Of a stretch of 64,000 nt of DNA, positions 1-11,849 are shown in pieces. Made by a program: the position numbers and the translations under genes. The stretch's first letter is position 1. Each line of letters begins with the position of its first letter. The stretch spans positions 104,532,001 through 104,596,000 of the forward strand of contig OZ024742.1 of assembly GCA_964016885.1 (NCBI GenBank). Direction: 5' to 3'. The DNA is from Eledone cirrhosa. Its lineage: Eukaryota. The notes below the pieces were generated by a model that made no database searches, had not been told where the DNA came from, and saw only the letters and a program-made list of their open reading frames with translations.

Positions 1-151
1 TACACAATAATTTGTCATGCTTTATATTTATTTCTGTTTGTATATGTAAAGTTTTCTTGTTATAATGTTTGTGTCAATGAGACGAAAATATAATTACTCT
101 ACAAACTAGAATGACAAGGCTTTTTTTATACTGTGATAAATAAACACAAAT

Positions 152-182
<31 letters not shown>

Positions 183-221
183 CTAAAATTAACATAGTGT
201 AATCATGCATGTATATATGTA

Positions 222-261
<40 letters not shown>

Positions 262-265
<4 letters not shown>

Positions 266-450
266 GTTTCTACTTTTGGCACAAGGCCATCAATTATCCA
301 GTGCATTACTGGTACTTTATTTTATCGACCCCGTAAGGATGAAAGGCAAAGTTAACCTCGGCGGGATTTGAACTCAGAATGGCAAGGCCCATAACTCTAT
401 GCGTCAAAGCATGGCGTCCGACCCTCTACCTATACTGCCAATCCACCGCC
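262..450 (-). mobile_element. tRNA-derived SINE, family A
   Basis: Reverse complement of the recurring unit GGCGGTGGATTGGCAGTAT..GGTAGAG..GAGTTCAAATCCCGCCGAGGTTAACTTTGCCTTTCATCCTTACGGGGTCGATAAAATAAAGTACCAGT..GGCCTTGTGCCAAAAGTAGAAACAATTA, which has A/B boxes and >15 copies in the window. Confidence 0.9.
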
Positions 451-507
451 ATATATATATATAATATACATATATCATCATCATATATATGTATATATAT
501 AAGTATA

Positions 508-557
<50 letters not shown>

Positions 558-744
558 ATAGGGAGTTGATGGACCCAGCATATTTACCAGGACCGGTTGT
601 ATCTCAGCTTACTCAATAGGTAATGTAGAATACATTCCAGAGTATACACATAGTTATTTGCTTCAATACAACACACGTAAACGGGTGCCTATAGTAGTTC
701 CCAGACTCGAGTTTTGGCCACACTTATATATATAATATATATAC

Positions 745-1590
745 TGGAGTACTTATATAAACAGCAAAGATGACTTGGCTCACAGGATGTGTTCCTGGAT
801 TCTCAGAACTTTCCAGTCTTGAGAAACTCACACCATCCTCCTACTCTACTCTACCTTTGCCCAGCCCCACCTTGAATACTGTTGTCTACTGTGGTCTCCT
901 CATATGAAACAAAATATTATGACAATTCGAGCACTTCACAATAACACAAGAGAGAGACAGTATGACAGGCCTTGACTATTGGGGTCAATTAGAAAAACTC
1001 AAACTCTATTTTCTTTAATACCACCATAAGCACAACATCATCTCTATTTTTATCTAGGGCGGGTAAAATTCTCGAGATCCATGGACGAGTTCTCTCCAGC
1101 GGTCTCTGTCCCTCATTATCGCTGCCATGTTCTGCGTCTCCAACAGACCAGTGTTTGTCCTTAGGGCATCAACATACGTTAACCTTGGTCTTCCTCTTCC
1201 AGTGTGTCCATGTAGGGGCTCCCACAGGAGCACTGAGTGCAATGTCAACTCTATAGTGTGGAAAATTCCATCAATATTGCCTAAATGATATCAACATCAC
1301 CTTTAAAATCCACCAAAGGCTTGGCCCCTCTGCTATCCACCCACTACAAAAATCAAACTCGCATCTCATAGCAACCATAGGACCTCAACTGGCCCTCCTC
1401 TCTTTAATATCATACCAAAATACGTCAAGGTAGAAACAGATCTCATAATATTTAAAAATTTCCTCCAAGAAATCCCAGATAAACCCCTACACCCAGATGT
1501 CTCTGAAAAACAACAACTCTTTACTTGAGTGGACCATGGTGTCCAAAAAATGACTAGGCTGTAAACCCATAATTTGAAAGATTTTACCAG
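745..1590 (+). mobile_element. Degraded CR1-type LINE ORF2 3' part, interrupted by an RTE fragment
   Basis: Translates to CSWILRTF..LLYSTFAQPHLEYCCLLWSPH..DYWGQLEKLKLY..GPPLFNIIPK..FLQEIPDKP, typical CR1 C-terminal motifs, with stops and frameshifts. Confidence 0.75.
1052..1250 (-). mobile_element. RTE-like LINE 3' end fragment nested in the CR1 relic
   Basis: ORF 1054-1248: VLLWEPLHGHTGRGRPRLTYVDAL..MRDRDRWRELV (GRP..W C-terminal motif). Confidence 0.75.
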
Positions 1591-1594
1591 GTGA

Positions 1595-1858
1595 TGCGTT
1601 GTGTCCTTGAGCAAGACACTTTATTTCACATTGCTCCAGTTTACTCAGCTGTAGAAATGAGATGATAGGGACTGGGGTCCCTATCATTCCACTGCAAAGT
1701 GGTCGTGGAGGTGCCACGGCAAAAAAGCACCCAGCACTCGCTGTAAATGTGGTTGGTGTTAGGAAGGGCATCCAGCTGTAGAAATCAAGCCAGAATCAGT
1801 TGCCAGTCCCACCCTTGCAAGCAGGGAAAAAGCGGACATAAAATGATGATGATGATGA
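1595..1858 (+). mobile_element. SINE family B, 5'-truncated
   Basis: CCTTGAGCAAGACACTTTATTTCACATTGCTCCAG..GTTAGGAAGGGCATCCAGCTGTAGAAA..(ATG)n tail. Confidence 0.85.
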
Positions 1859-1975
1859 TATATATATATACATATATATATATGTCTATAACTTTGATAG
1901 ATTTCAGCCAATGTTGGCTCAGGCCATACCTAAGTTATATATATAATACACACATATATATATATATATATGTGT

Positions 1976-2152
1976 ATACTTGGTCGTTTCTATGGCTGTG
2001 TGGATAATGGTTTAACCATTGTCTCAGTGTGTTTGGCCTTTTAACTTATGTTGTAGCTCTAGTTCACTAGCTTCTATGGAGCGCTTGCCCCACATCTCAG
2101 AAGTTGTTTTTCGCTAATTTCCAATAGCCGAAATACGATTCTCGCTAATTTA
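1976..2152. repeat. Dispersed ~175-bp repeat in (TA)n, second copy at 57568-57740
   Basis: TACTTGGTCGTT..CTCAGTGTGTTTGGCCTTT..GGAGCGCTTGCCCCACATCTC..GCCGAAATACGATTCTCGCTAATTT at both loci. Confidence 0.85.
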
Positions 2153-2188
2153 TATTTATATATGTATATATATATATATGTAATAGAC

Positions 2189-2225
<37 letters not shown>

Positions 2226-2468
2226 TGTATATATAATACACATATATATACATATATATACAATTAAAAATAGTTCAGTTGTAACTGGGGAGGAATGGGA
2301 AATGAAACATCTGTTTCTAACTATTTGTTCAATGATACATTAACAACCTTCCCAACATTGTGATATACACATTGTTGTAATGTATGTGTGGGTGGTGTAT
2401 GTGTGGGTTTTATACATATATATACATATATACCACCCACACATACATTACGCATGTATATATACACA

Positions 2469-2506
<38 letters not shown>

Positions 2507-2751
2507 GGAAAATATGTGAAATCCTTGGTACAGTTAGGTATACTTAAAAAAAGGAAAAGAATGACTTCACTTGTAGTTCTAAACAATCTAATTTTATAAT
2601 ATTACAATTTTACAATTTTGTTTTGTAGATCTAGTAAGTTGTTTGTTAACTTCGGTGGAGAGTTTTTTTAAGATTCCTGGTTAACTTTTCTGGAGAACTT
2701 TCTCGCATTCTTTTCCTTTTTTTTATATATACACATATATATATATATATA

Positions 2752-3110
<359 letters not shown>

Positions 3111-3640
3111 TATATATATATATATATATATACATATATATATCATCCACATACCACCTTCTGATGAGGTCCTCCAACTAGGTCCGAAAATCAATTAAAG
3201 TTGTTTCTGAGTTTTTCCATTTACAGGGAAATTTGTATTTTCTGGTATGTTTACATGCCTACATATTAAATATGTGTGTATTTATATGCACATTTCTGCA
3301 TACTCTGTATGTTTACAGATATATGTTTATTGTACACTTTGGCATCTAATACACTTTTAATATGTATACAAATTATCTACCAACATGAGCACTAATTATA
3401 TGGAAATTAATATATCCATTTCAGAATAATACTACGAGAGAGAGGATATACAGTATATTACTATCAAATATGTGTTTTATTGTGGTTGTTTGGATGATAT
3501 ACATGTCTTTTGATAAGGGCCCAGTTATGTCGAAAAGTCGGTTAAAGATGTTTATTATTTTTTTTAATTTACAGGAAGATTTGTATTTTCTGGCATGTTT
3601 ACATCCTAACCACTAAGCCATGTGCCTTCATTATATATAT

Positions 3641-3820
3641 GGATTGGCAGTATCGGTAGAGAGTCGGACGCCATGCTTTCCAGCATAGTTACGTCCTTTT
3701 ACGGTCTGAGTTCAAATCCCCCCGAGGTTTACTTTGCACATCCTTACGGGGTCGATAAAATAAAGTACCAGTAATGCACTGGTTAATAGCTGGCCTTGTG
3801 CCTAAAGTAGAAACAATTAT
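3641..3820 (+). mobile_element. SINE family A
   Basis: GGATTGGCAGTATCGGTAGAG..GTTCAAATCC..GGGGTCGATAAAATAAAGTACC..AGAAACAATTA. Confidence 0.9.
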
Positions 3821-3829
3821 ATATATATA

Positions 3830-4021
3830 TATCATCATCATGATATATATTTATACATATATGTATATATATATATATATATGTATTATATATGTATATA
3901 TATATATATATATATTATACATATATGTATGTAGGCATGATGATGATGATGATGATGCATGTTTCTATGTGTATATATATATCATCATCATGATATATAT
4001 TTATACATATATGTATGTTTC

Positions 4022-4062
<41 letters not shown>

Positions 4063-4244
4063 TCATCATGATATATATTTATACATATATGTATGTAGGC
4101 ATGTATCTATGTGTATATATATATATATATCATCATGATATATATTTATACACATATGTATGTAGGCATATTTCTATGTGTATATATATATATATATCAT
4201 CATCATGATATATATTTATACATATACGTATGTAGGCATGTATC

Positions 4245-4276
<32 letters not shown>

Positions 4277-5072
4277 CCAGTTGGTGTTACTGGTAACATG
4301 TATCCCAGTACAACCTGTCTCATGGTCGGGCCGTTGGCGACTAAACTGGCAACCCCACCAAGGTTTCTTGGTGAGGAGGGTGACTTTGGACATCCTGCAG
4401 GACTAAAAACAAAACCTGTCAAAGGGCAAAGGAGCTCTTGAGAGTCAATGGCCATCCAAAATCACCGGGAGAGATGACCCCTTAGCCTTTGTCAAGGCAG
4501 AATTCTAGGAGAAGGAAAACTCTGATATAACACCTGCAACCCTGATGGTATCCAATGATGTTGACTTGTTCTTCTTTTTGGTAAATATCATCTTGGTTAA
4601 GAGAGTGGGACTGGCTTTGTGCACTGCCTTTGCTCACTATAAAAGCTTCACGACACAGGCATTGCTTTATATCTGGAGATCTCTCTGCACTTGTCGTCAC
4701 ATGGTACCATGGGCCCAGCACTATGTGTCAATAATTGTCACAAGTGTAGTGTTTGTACCAGAGTTTTCAAGTTGCTGGCTGGACTAAAACCTCACACTCG
4801 TTCAGCGCATCGGTAGGGGTTCTCCTACATGGATAGGTAGTGGCCGTACTCGAAAACGAGTTGGCAGCCACCATATATATATATATCATCATCATGATAT
4901 ATATTTATACATATATGTATGTTTCTATGTGTATATATATATATCATCATCATGATATATATTTATACATATATGTATGTAGGCATGTTTCTATGTGTAT
5001 ATATATATATGTATCATCATGATATATATTTATACATATATGTATGTAGGCATGTATCTATGTGTATATATA
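3830..5072. repeat. Compound microsatellite-derived tandem unit (ATCATCATCATGATATATATTTATACATATATGTATGTAGGCATG..), split by an insertion
   Basis: Unit repeated ~5 times at 3830-4275 and ~3 times at 4880-5072. Confidence 0.8.
4278..4872 (+). mobile_element. Non-autonomous bipartite RTE derivative (5' UTR-like part + terminal zinc-finger remnant + RTE 3' stem-loop)
   Basis: 4742-4816 encodes KCSVCTRVFKLLAGLKPHTRSAHR*, matching the last finger of the 7136 LINE. The 3' end GTGGCCGTACTCGAAAACGAGTTGGCAGCCAC matches 9658-9690. A related copy lies at 26140-26646. Confidence 0.8.
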
Positions 5073-5244
5073 TACACACACAGACACTGTAGTACAAATT
5101 TGGTAGAAATGTCCAAGGCTAAGAGCACTCAGTCCATACGATGAGTTAAGTATAATTTGTTACAACAGTGACATATACAGGTATTTAAGTTTCGTTTTAC
5201 CTTATCATCGTTTAACATCTTTCTTCCATACTAGCATATATATA

Positions 5245-5432
5245 TAATTGTTTCTACTTTAGGCACAAGGCCAGCAATTACTCAGTGTATTACTGGTACT
5301 TTATTTCATCGACCCCGTAAGGATGAAAGGCAAAGTCAACCTCGGCGGGATTTGAACTCAGATCGTAAAGGGACGTAACTATGTTGGAAAGCATGGCGTC
5401 CGACCCTCTACCGATACTGCCAATCCACCGCC
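5245..5432 (-). mobile_element. SINE family A
   Basis: Full-length match to the family unit. Confidence 0.9.
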
Positions 5433-6102
5433 ATAAATATATATAATGAAACTTATATATATATATAGTGAGAGAGAGAGAATGAGAGATAGACTGAGAG
5501 AAAGAGTCAGTGAGGGAGATGGTATGAGAAGTAACCATTCATGTAACATGGAGTCCAATTATTTCTTGTCTATTCCAGGAATATTGAGGTCATCTCTGTT
5601 GATTTTTCATGTTTCTCAGGTGAAACCTGTTGACCATTCATGTGTTATTGAGGTCATATACTTTGTTGACCTTATTTATCTAAGACAAACTCTTGTTACA
5701 TTGTACCATCTCAGATCATGAGTGTCACCACTACACCACTAAGGCTGGCTTTGTAATAGTTACATGTTTCAACTGTATAGTTGTGGTTGTGTGGCATTGT
5801 GTGTGTGTATGTGACCGTTGAATTCTGTGTGTATGTATATATGTGTATGTGTGAATATGTGTGATTGTGTGTGTATGTCTGTGTGAATGTGTTTGTGTGT
5901 ATATGCATTTGATTGTGCATGTATGTCTGTGTTTGGGACACTGCATCCTTTAAAACCTCCATGCGAAATTCGCCAACACTACACCTGATATTCTGCCTCT
6001 GTACTCATACACTGCTCACTTTCCTGACATTATTCTATGAACTATACATGCACCTTTGATGAATTGTAGTGCACCTGAGCACTGTACACAATAATTTCAT
6101 TC

Positions 6103-6496
6103 ATCATCATCATCATCACCGTTTTACGTCCGTTCTTCCATGCTAGCATGGGTTAGGTGGGTTGTCTTGTTGTGGGCAGTGTCCGGTCAGTTGACCTTGT
6201 CTTGCTCATACGGGAACTGATTCTGGCTTGATTTCTACAGCTGGATGCCCTTCCTAACACCAACCTCATTTACAGTGAGTGCTGGGTGCTTTTTTGCCGT
6301 GGCACCTCCACAACCACTTTGCAGTGGAATGATAGGGACCCCAGTCCTATCATCTCATTTCTACAGCTGAGTAAACTGGAACAATGCGAAATAAAGTGTC
6401 TTGCTCAAGGAAACAACACATCACACGGTCCGAGAATTGAACTCACAACCTTTCGATTGCAAGCCCAATACTCTAACCACTAAGCCATGCGCCTTC
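6103..6496 (-). mobile_element. SINE family B, full length
   Basis: Minus strand begins GAAGGCGCATGGCTTAGTGGTTAGAG (A box), has GAGTTCAATTC (B box) and ends in an RTE-like tail + (ATG)n. Confidence 0.9.
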
Positions 6497-6963
6497 TCAT
6501 TATATTATATATAACCTCTACATAGTTACTTGACTTGCTAGCAATAGTGAGAGAGCTTCTTTGTGATTGATAGATCTGCTAGAATTAGCTGACAAACATT
6601 CCTAAAATCACACACTATTGTCTTTAAAAATGGTTAAGTCAAGTTAGTATTGAGCCTTTGTACCAATATTGGTTGTTGTGAGCTAACATATACCAGTTAT
6701 TTTACTTTCTGTTCTGATTTGGAAGTATTGGGCTAAGTAAAATAACTGTCTGTAGAAACATTAATGTCTAACAAGTAAGATGGGACAGAAGAATTATTGT
6801 CTTGAAATGTAGATGTTAAGTTAAGTTGCAGAAAATAGGAAGTAAGTTGCTTTGGAGAACGTTTGCTGACATCTGTTCTATAGAGTTGTATGAGACAACA
6901 TTCAACAGCTTCTGTCTGGCTCCCCCTCTCTCTCTCCTCCCCCTACCTCCCTCCCTCTCTCAC

Positions 6964-7040
<77 letters not shown>

Positions 7041-7135
7041 TACTTCTTCAATATCACTGTCTATTTTTTTGTGAGACTGCTTGTTTTTTGTATGCATACA
7101 TGTATGTATGTATGTATGTATGTATGTATGTATGT

Positions 7136-9442
7136 AGGGATGTAAAATCACGTGTTAGGCGGAGTCTTTCTCAGATGAAGGATCAGTGGTGGAGTGAGAA
7201 GGCTGGTGAGATACAAACTGCGTCTGATTGCAATAACACAAAGCTGTTGTACAGTCTCTTGCGTGAGGTTTATGGACCGTCTTCTTCTCTGGTGACACCG
7301 ATTCGCAGCAGGGATGGCAAAGAGCTTCTTCGTGACTCACAGGGAATTCTACGAAGGTGGCGGGAGCACTTTGATGATCTTTTGAATCAGCCGTCTGTCG
7401 TCAGTGAAGATTTCCTCAATCTCATTCCGGAAAGTCCTGTGAAAGTAGCTCTCGCAGAGCCTCCGACACTTGTGGAGGTTGCAGTGGCTATTTCGAAGCT
7501 GAACAGTGGAAGATCTCCAGGTATGGATGGCATACATGCTGAGCTCCTACAATATGGTGGTGAGAGACTCCTGCAACATCTTCACTCTCTGTTTGGAAGG
7601 ATATGGGCTAATGAATCCGTGCCTGAGGACTGGAGAGATGCAGTAATGGTGGTCTTGTACAAGGGAAAGGGTAACAGGAATGATTGTGGGAACTACAGAG
7701 GTATATCATTGCTTTCTGTCGTGGGGAAAGTTTTATGTAGGGTGCTTCTGGACCGTCTGCTGACACACATTGCAGATTGTGTCCTTCCTGAAAGTCAATC
7801 TGGTTTTCGTGTTGGACGCGGCACTACTGATATGATCTTCTCAGCTAGACAGCTCCAGGAGAAGTGCATTGAACAGGGCTTGGATCTGTATCAGGTTTTT
7901 GTCGATCTGACAAAGGCTTTCGATACTGTCAACAGAGATGCATTATGGAAGGTTCTCCAGAAACTTGGTTGCCCTGATAAGTTCCTTGCTTTAGTTAGGT
8001 CTTTCCATGACGACATGAAGGCTTGGGTTAATGTCGGAGGTAACATGTCGGAGCCTATCTCAGTAAAAAATGGAGTGAAACAGGGGGATATTCCAGCACC
8101 GACCCTGTTTGCCATATACTTTGCAATGGTTTTCTGTGTTGCATTCAGGAATTGCGAGCATGGTGTTTACATCCGATATCGAACCTCAGGCAGCATATTT
8201 AACATCAGGCGCTTTGCTGCGAAGACAAAAGTATTTACATCAGTCATAAGAGACCTCTTGTATGCAGATGATTGCGATCTTGTAGCGCACACAGAGAGTG
8301 ATATGCAGCACATTTTGAATGTATTTTCTGACGCTTGCACTGCCCTGGGTTTGACTGTCAGTCTCAAGAAAACCGTCGTCATGTACCAACCTGCACCTGG
8401 TAGGCAGTACACTGAACCAAACATCTATGTGTATGGCAAACGACTTGGAGTGGTTGATCAGTTTGTCTACCTGGGAAGCACTGTCAATCGATACGGCAAC
8501 CTTGACAGTGAAATCTCACTTAGGATTAGGAAAGCAAGTGATGCTTTCGGAAAGCTAGAAAGGCGACTCTGGGGTCGGCGAGACATATGCAGGAGGACAA
8601 AGGTAAAGGTGTACAGGGCATGTGTACTCTCTTGTCTTCTTTATGCCTGCGAGACCTGGGTCACATATCGACGCCACCTAAAGCAATTGGAGCGTTTCCA
8701 TCAGATGTGTCTCAGACGGATACATGGCGTTCGCTGGAGGGACCACATCAGTGATGTCGAGATTTTGGAAAGCTCTATGTGTGACAGTATAGAAGCTCTT
8801 GTGCTTAAGCAGCGACTCCGTTGGAGTGGTCACCTTGCCAGGATGAAGGATTCTAGAATACCAAAACAACTCTTCTATGGAGAGTTGGTTAAAGGAAAAC
8901 GACCGCCACATAAACCAAAAAAGAGGTATAAGGATTCCTTGAAGGCCTCTCTGAAAGACGCTAACATCTCTGCTGATACATGGGAAAATATTGCTGCTGA
9001 TCGTAATAAATGGAGAAAGACTGTATATGAGGGAAAAGTTGCCTTTGAGGCATCTCGAATCGCACACGAGAAAGTAAGGCGGGACGTGAGGAAGGGTATT
9101 GCTGTTGCACTTCCAGACGGCGAGGGTCCTCCTATGTTTCTGACATGCAGCGTCTGTGCGAGACTCTGCCTAAGCAAAGCTGGACTCGAAAGTCATCTTC
9201 GCAGTCATAAAGTAAGACCAGTGGTTGACTACCAGGCTGCTGTTGGAGATGCTACTCATCATGCTTGCCAAACATGTGGTAGAGAATGTAAATCAGCAGG
9301 AGGACTCAAGCGACATGCAAAAGTACACGAACTCCAACCACAGCCGACTATTCCCAGTAAATGTTTTGGTTGCCGACTCTGTGCAAGACATTTTGGATCA
9401 TTGGCTGGGCTAAAAAGCCACATTCGATCGCAGCACTGTTAG
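7136..9442 (+). CDS. RTE reverse transcriptase (768 aa remnant) with three C-terminal C2H2 zinc fingers; no genuine start codon
   Basis: Motifs SPGMDGI, NYRGISLL, QSGFR, FVDLTKAFDTV, KQGD, YADD (8261), YLGS, RLRWSGHLARM; fingers CSVC..HLRSH, CQTC..HAKVH, CRLC..HIRSQH. The predicted N-terminus at 6890-7135 is microsatellite. Confidence 0.92.
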   Translation, partial: RDVKSRVRRSLSQMKDQWWSEKAGEIQTASDCNNTKLLYSLLREVYGPSSSLVTPIRSRDGKELLRDSQGILRRWREHFDDLLNQPSVVSEDFLNLIPESPVKVALAEPPTLVEVAVAISKLNSGRSPGMDGIHAELLQYGGERLLQHLHSLFGRIWANESVPEDWRDAVMVVLYKGKGNRNDCGNYRGISLLSVVGKVLCRVLLDRLLTHIADCVLPESQSGFRVGRGTTDMIFSARQLQEKCIEQGLDLYQVFVDLTKAFDTVNRDALWKVLQKLGCPDKFLALVRSFHDDMKAWVNVGGNMSEPISVKNGVKQGDIPAPTLFAIYFAMVFCVAFRNCEHGVYIRYRTSGSIFNIRRFAAKTKVFTSVIRDLLYADDCDLVAHTESDMQHILNVFSDACTALGLTVSLKKTVVMYQPAPGRQYTEPNIYVYGKRLGVVDQFVYLGSTVNRYGNLDSEISLRIRKASDAFGKLERRLWGRRDICRRTKVKVYRACVLSCLLYACETWVTYRRHLKQLERFHQMCLRRIHGVRWRDHISDVEILESSMCDSIEALVLKQRLRWSGHLARMKDSRIPKQLFYGELVKGKRPPHKPKKRYKDSLKASLKDANISADTWENIAADRNKWRKTVYEGKVAFEASRIAHEKVRRDVRKGIAVALPDGEGPPMFLTCSVCARLCLSKAGLESHLRSHKVRPVVDYQAAVGDATHHACQTCGRECKSAGGLKRHAKVHELQPQPTIPSKCFGCRLCARHFGSLAGLKSHIRSQHC

Positions 9443-9561
9443 TTGCTATCGTGTGTTTGTGTGTGTGTGTGTGTGTAGATATGCTTATGTGCGTGCGTGT
9501 GTGTGTATATATATATGAATATGTATATTATTATTGTTGTTGTCGTTATTATTATTATTGC

Positions 9562-9651
<90 letters not shown>

Positions 9652-9690
9652 TGTGCAATGGCCATACTCGATAACGAGGGGGCAGCCATC
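7136..9690 (+). mobile_element. RTE-clade non-LTR retrotransposon, 5'-truncated (no APE domain), inserted in (TATG)n
   Basis: Uninterrupted RT ORF, a 3' stem-loop at 9658-9690 and an (ATGT)n tail. Confidence 0.95.
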
Positions 9691-10170
9691 ATGTATGTAT
9701 GTATGTATGTACGTATGTATGTACGTGTGTATTTTTGTATGTATGTATGTATGTATGTATGTATGTACGTGTGTATGTATGTATGTATGTATGTATGTAC
9801 GTGTGTATGTTTGTATGTACGTGTGTATGTATGTATGTACGTGTGTATGTATGTATGTATGTACGTGTGTATGTTTGTATGTACGTGTGTATGTATGTAT
9901 GTATGTGTGTATGTATGTGTATGTATGTATGCATGTATGTATGTAAATAAGATTGTATGTATGTACGTACGTATGTATGTATGTATGTATGTACGTGCGT
10001 ATGTATGTGTATGTATGTATGTACGTATGTATGTCTCTGCATGTATGTTTGCACGTATGTATGAGCGTGTGTGCATGTGTGTGTGCATTTGTATGCGTGT
10101 GTGTATGTATGAGCGTGTGTGCATGTGTGCGTGCATTTGTATGTATGTGTGTGTATGTATGTATGTGTAT
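9691..10170. repeat. (ATGT)n/(GT)n microsatellite, LINE tail
   Basis: Direct inspection. Confidence 0.95.
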
Positions 10171-10687
10171 CTATATATCTATTTATCCCTGTACTTATTT
10201 ATGTCTTACAACTAATTTCTTTTTAATGTCCCACCCTGACTTGGCCATTCATTTCCTCTCCTCCATGTTGTCTTTCTACCTCTTTCACATTTAAGTTGCT
10301 CCTCCACTCTCACTCTTTCTCTCTCTTTCTCTCTCTCCCTTTCTTTCACTTTCACTTTTTTTCCTCTTAGTTTATATATGTCAGTAAGCCCCACACTTGC
10401 ATGTATCCACACTCACATACACATATATGTGAGCACTCACACAGACACACACATACACACACATACACACACACATACAAATAACAAATGGTGTCAACTA
10501 GAAAAACATTGAAATAACTGAATGGTATTTCCATTGAAATGTGTTTGGTCCCCAAATTGAGAGTGTGAGACAAATAACAAAACTTTAAGAACATTTAACA
10601 AGTTTCCACATTATTGGAGGGGCTTAAGCCCTAAAAGTCTTTTACCGCCAGAGGACTTGATGTACATGTGAATATATATATATATAT

Positions 10688-11126
10688 GAAGGCGCATGGC
10701 TTAGTGGTTAGAGCATTGGGCTTGCAATCGAAAGGTTGTGAGTTCAATTCTCGGACCGGGTGATGTGTTGTTTCCTTGAGCAAGACACTTTATTTCACAT
10801 TGATCCAGTTTACTCAGCTGTAGAAATGAGATGATAGGACTGGGGTCCCTATCATTCCACTACAAATTGGTTGTGGAGGTGTCATGGCAAAAAAGCACCC
10901 AGCCCACACTGTAAAGTGGACGTGTAGACACCACGGCAAAAAAGCACCCAGCACTCACTGTAAATGAGGTTGGTGTTAGGAAGGGCATCCAGCTGTAGAA
11001 ATCAAGCCAGAATCAGTTCCTGTATGAGCAAGCCAAGGTCAGCCGACTGGACACTGCCCACAACAGGACAACCTGTTTAACCCATGCTAGCATGGAAGAA
11101 CGGACGTAAAACGGTGATGATGATGA

Positions 11127-11127
<1 letters not shown>
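10688..11127 (+). mobile_element. SINE family B, full length
   Basis: GAAGGCGCATGGCTTAGTGGTTAGAGC..GAGTTCAATTCTC..CCCATGCTAGCATGGAAGAACGGACGTAAAACGG(TGA)n. Confidence 0.92.
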
Positions 11128-11161
<34 letters not shown>

Positions 11162-11360
11162 ATATATTCATGAATATATACCTGACCCAACTTGCCTCAA
11201 GTGGGACAAACCCATCTAACCCATGCTAGCATGGAAGATAGATGTTAAATGAGGATGATGATGATGATAATGATGATGATGATGATATATATATACACAC
11301 ACGCACGTGTGTGTATTGTATATTTAGATATAAATTATAAATGTGTGTGTACTTACCAAC

Positions 11361-11427
<67 letters not shown>

Positions 11428-11849
11428 TGAGCTAATAAAAAAAAGTTAGTTACATGTATTTGTGAGATATTAGATATATTATAATAGGCTCAAGGCCCTA
11501 CATTTTAGAAGAGAGGAAATGTCTTCCATACCTTTCCAAGTTCTCCAATATGGAGTGTCTGCAGGTATATTATGGTCTCAACTCACTGAGAATTTATTCC
11601 CATATTATTATTAAGTAATTATAAATTATTAAATCTTGTTTTACATATAAAAACAATTGATGTAATATATATATAATGAATATGGAATATTTAAAAGAAA
11701 CAAATCAATAGAAATCAATCAAAGAAAAAGAAAGTAGCTTTGTAAAAGACTATAAACAAGAGGAAAAGGAGGGAAAGAGCAAGGGTTATTAAGCAACGAA
11801 AGGGTGACAGACTCTATACTTAAGTCAGAGTGGAGTTTCAGTTGTGCTC

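Noticed and set aside
6890-7135. N-terminus of the 850-aa ORF
   Set aside because: (CT)n and (TATG)n flank that happens to be in frame; the LINE is 5'-truncated at ~7136
9146-9442. Host C2H2 zinc-finger gene
   Set aside because: The fingers are in frame with the RT, lack TGEKP linkers and precede the LINE 3' tail
10688-10760. Functional tRNA genes at SINE heads
   Set aside because: A/B boxes are present, but there is no complete cloverleaf and each continues into a SINE body
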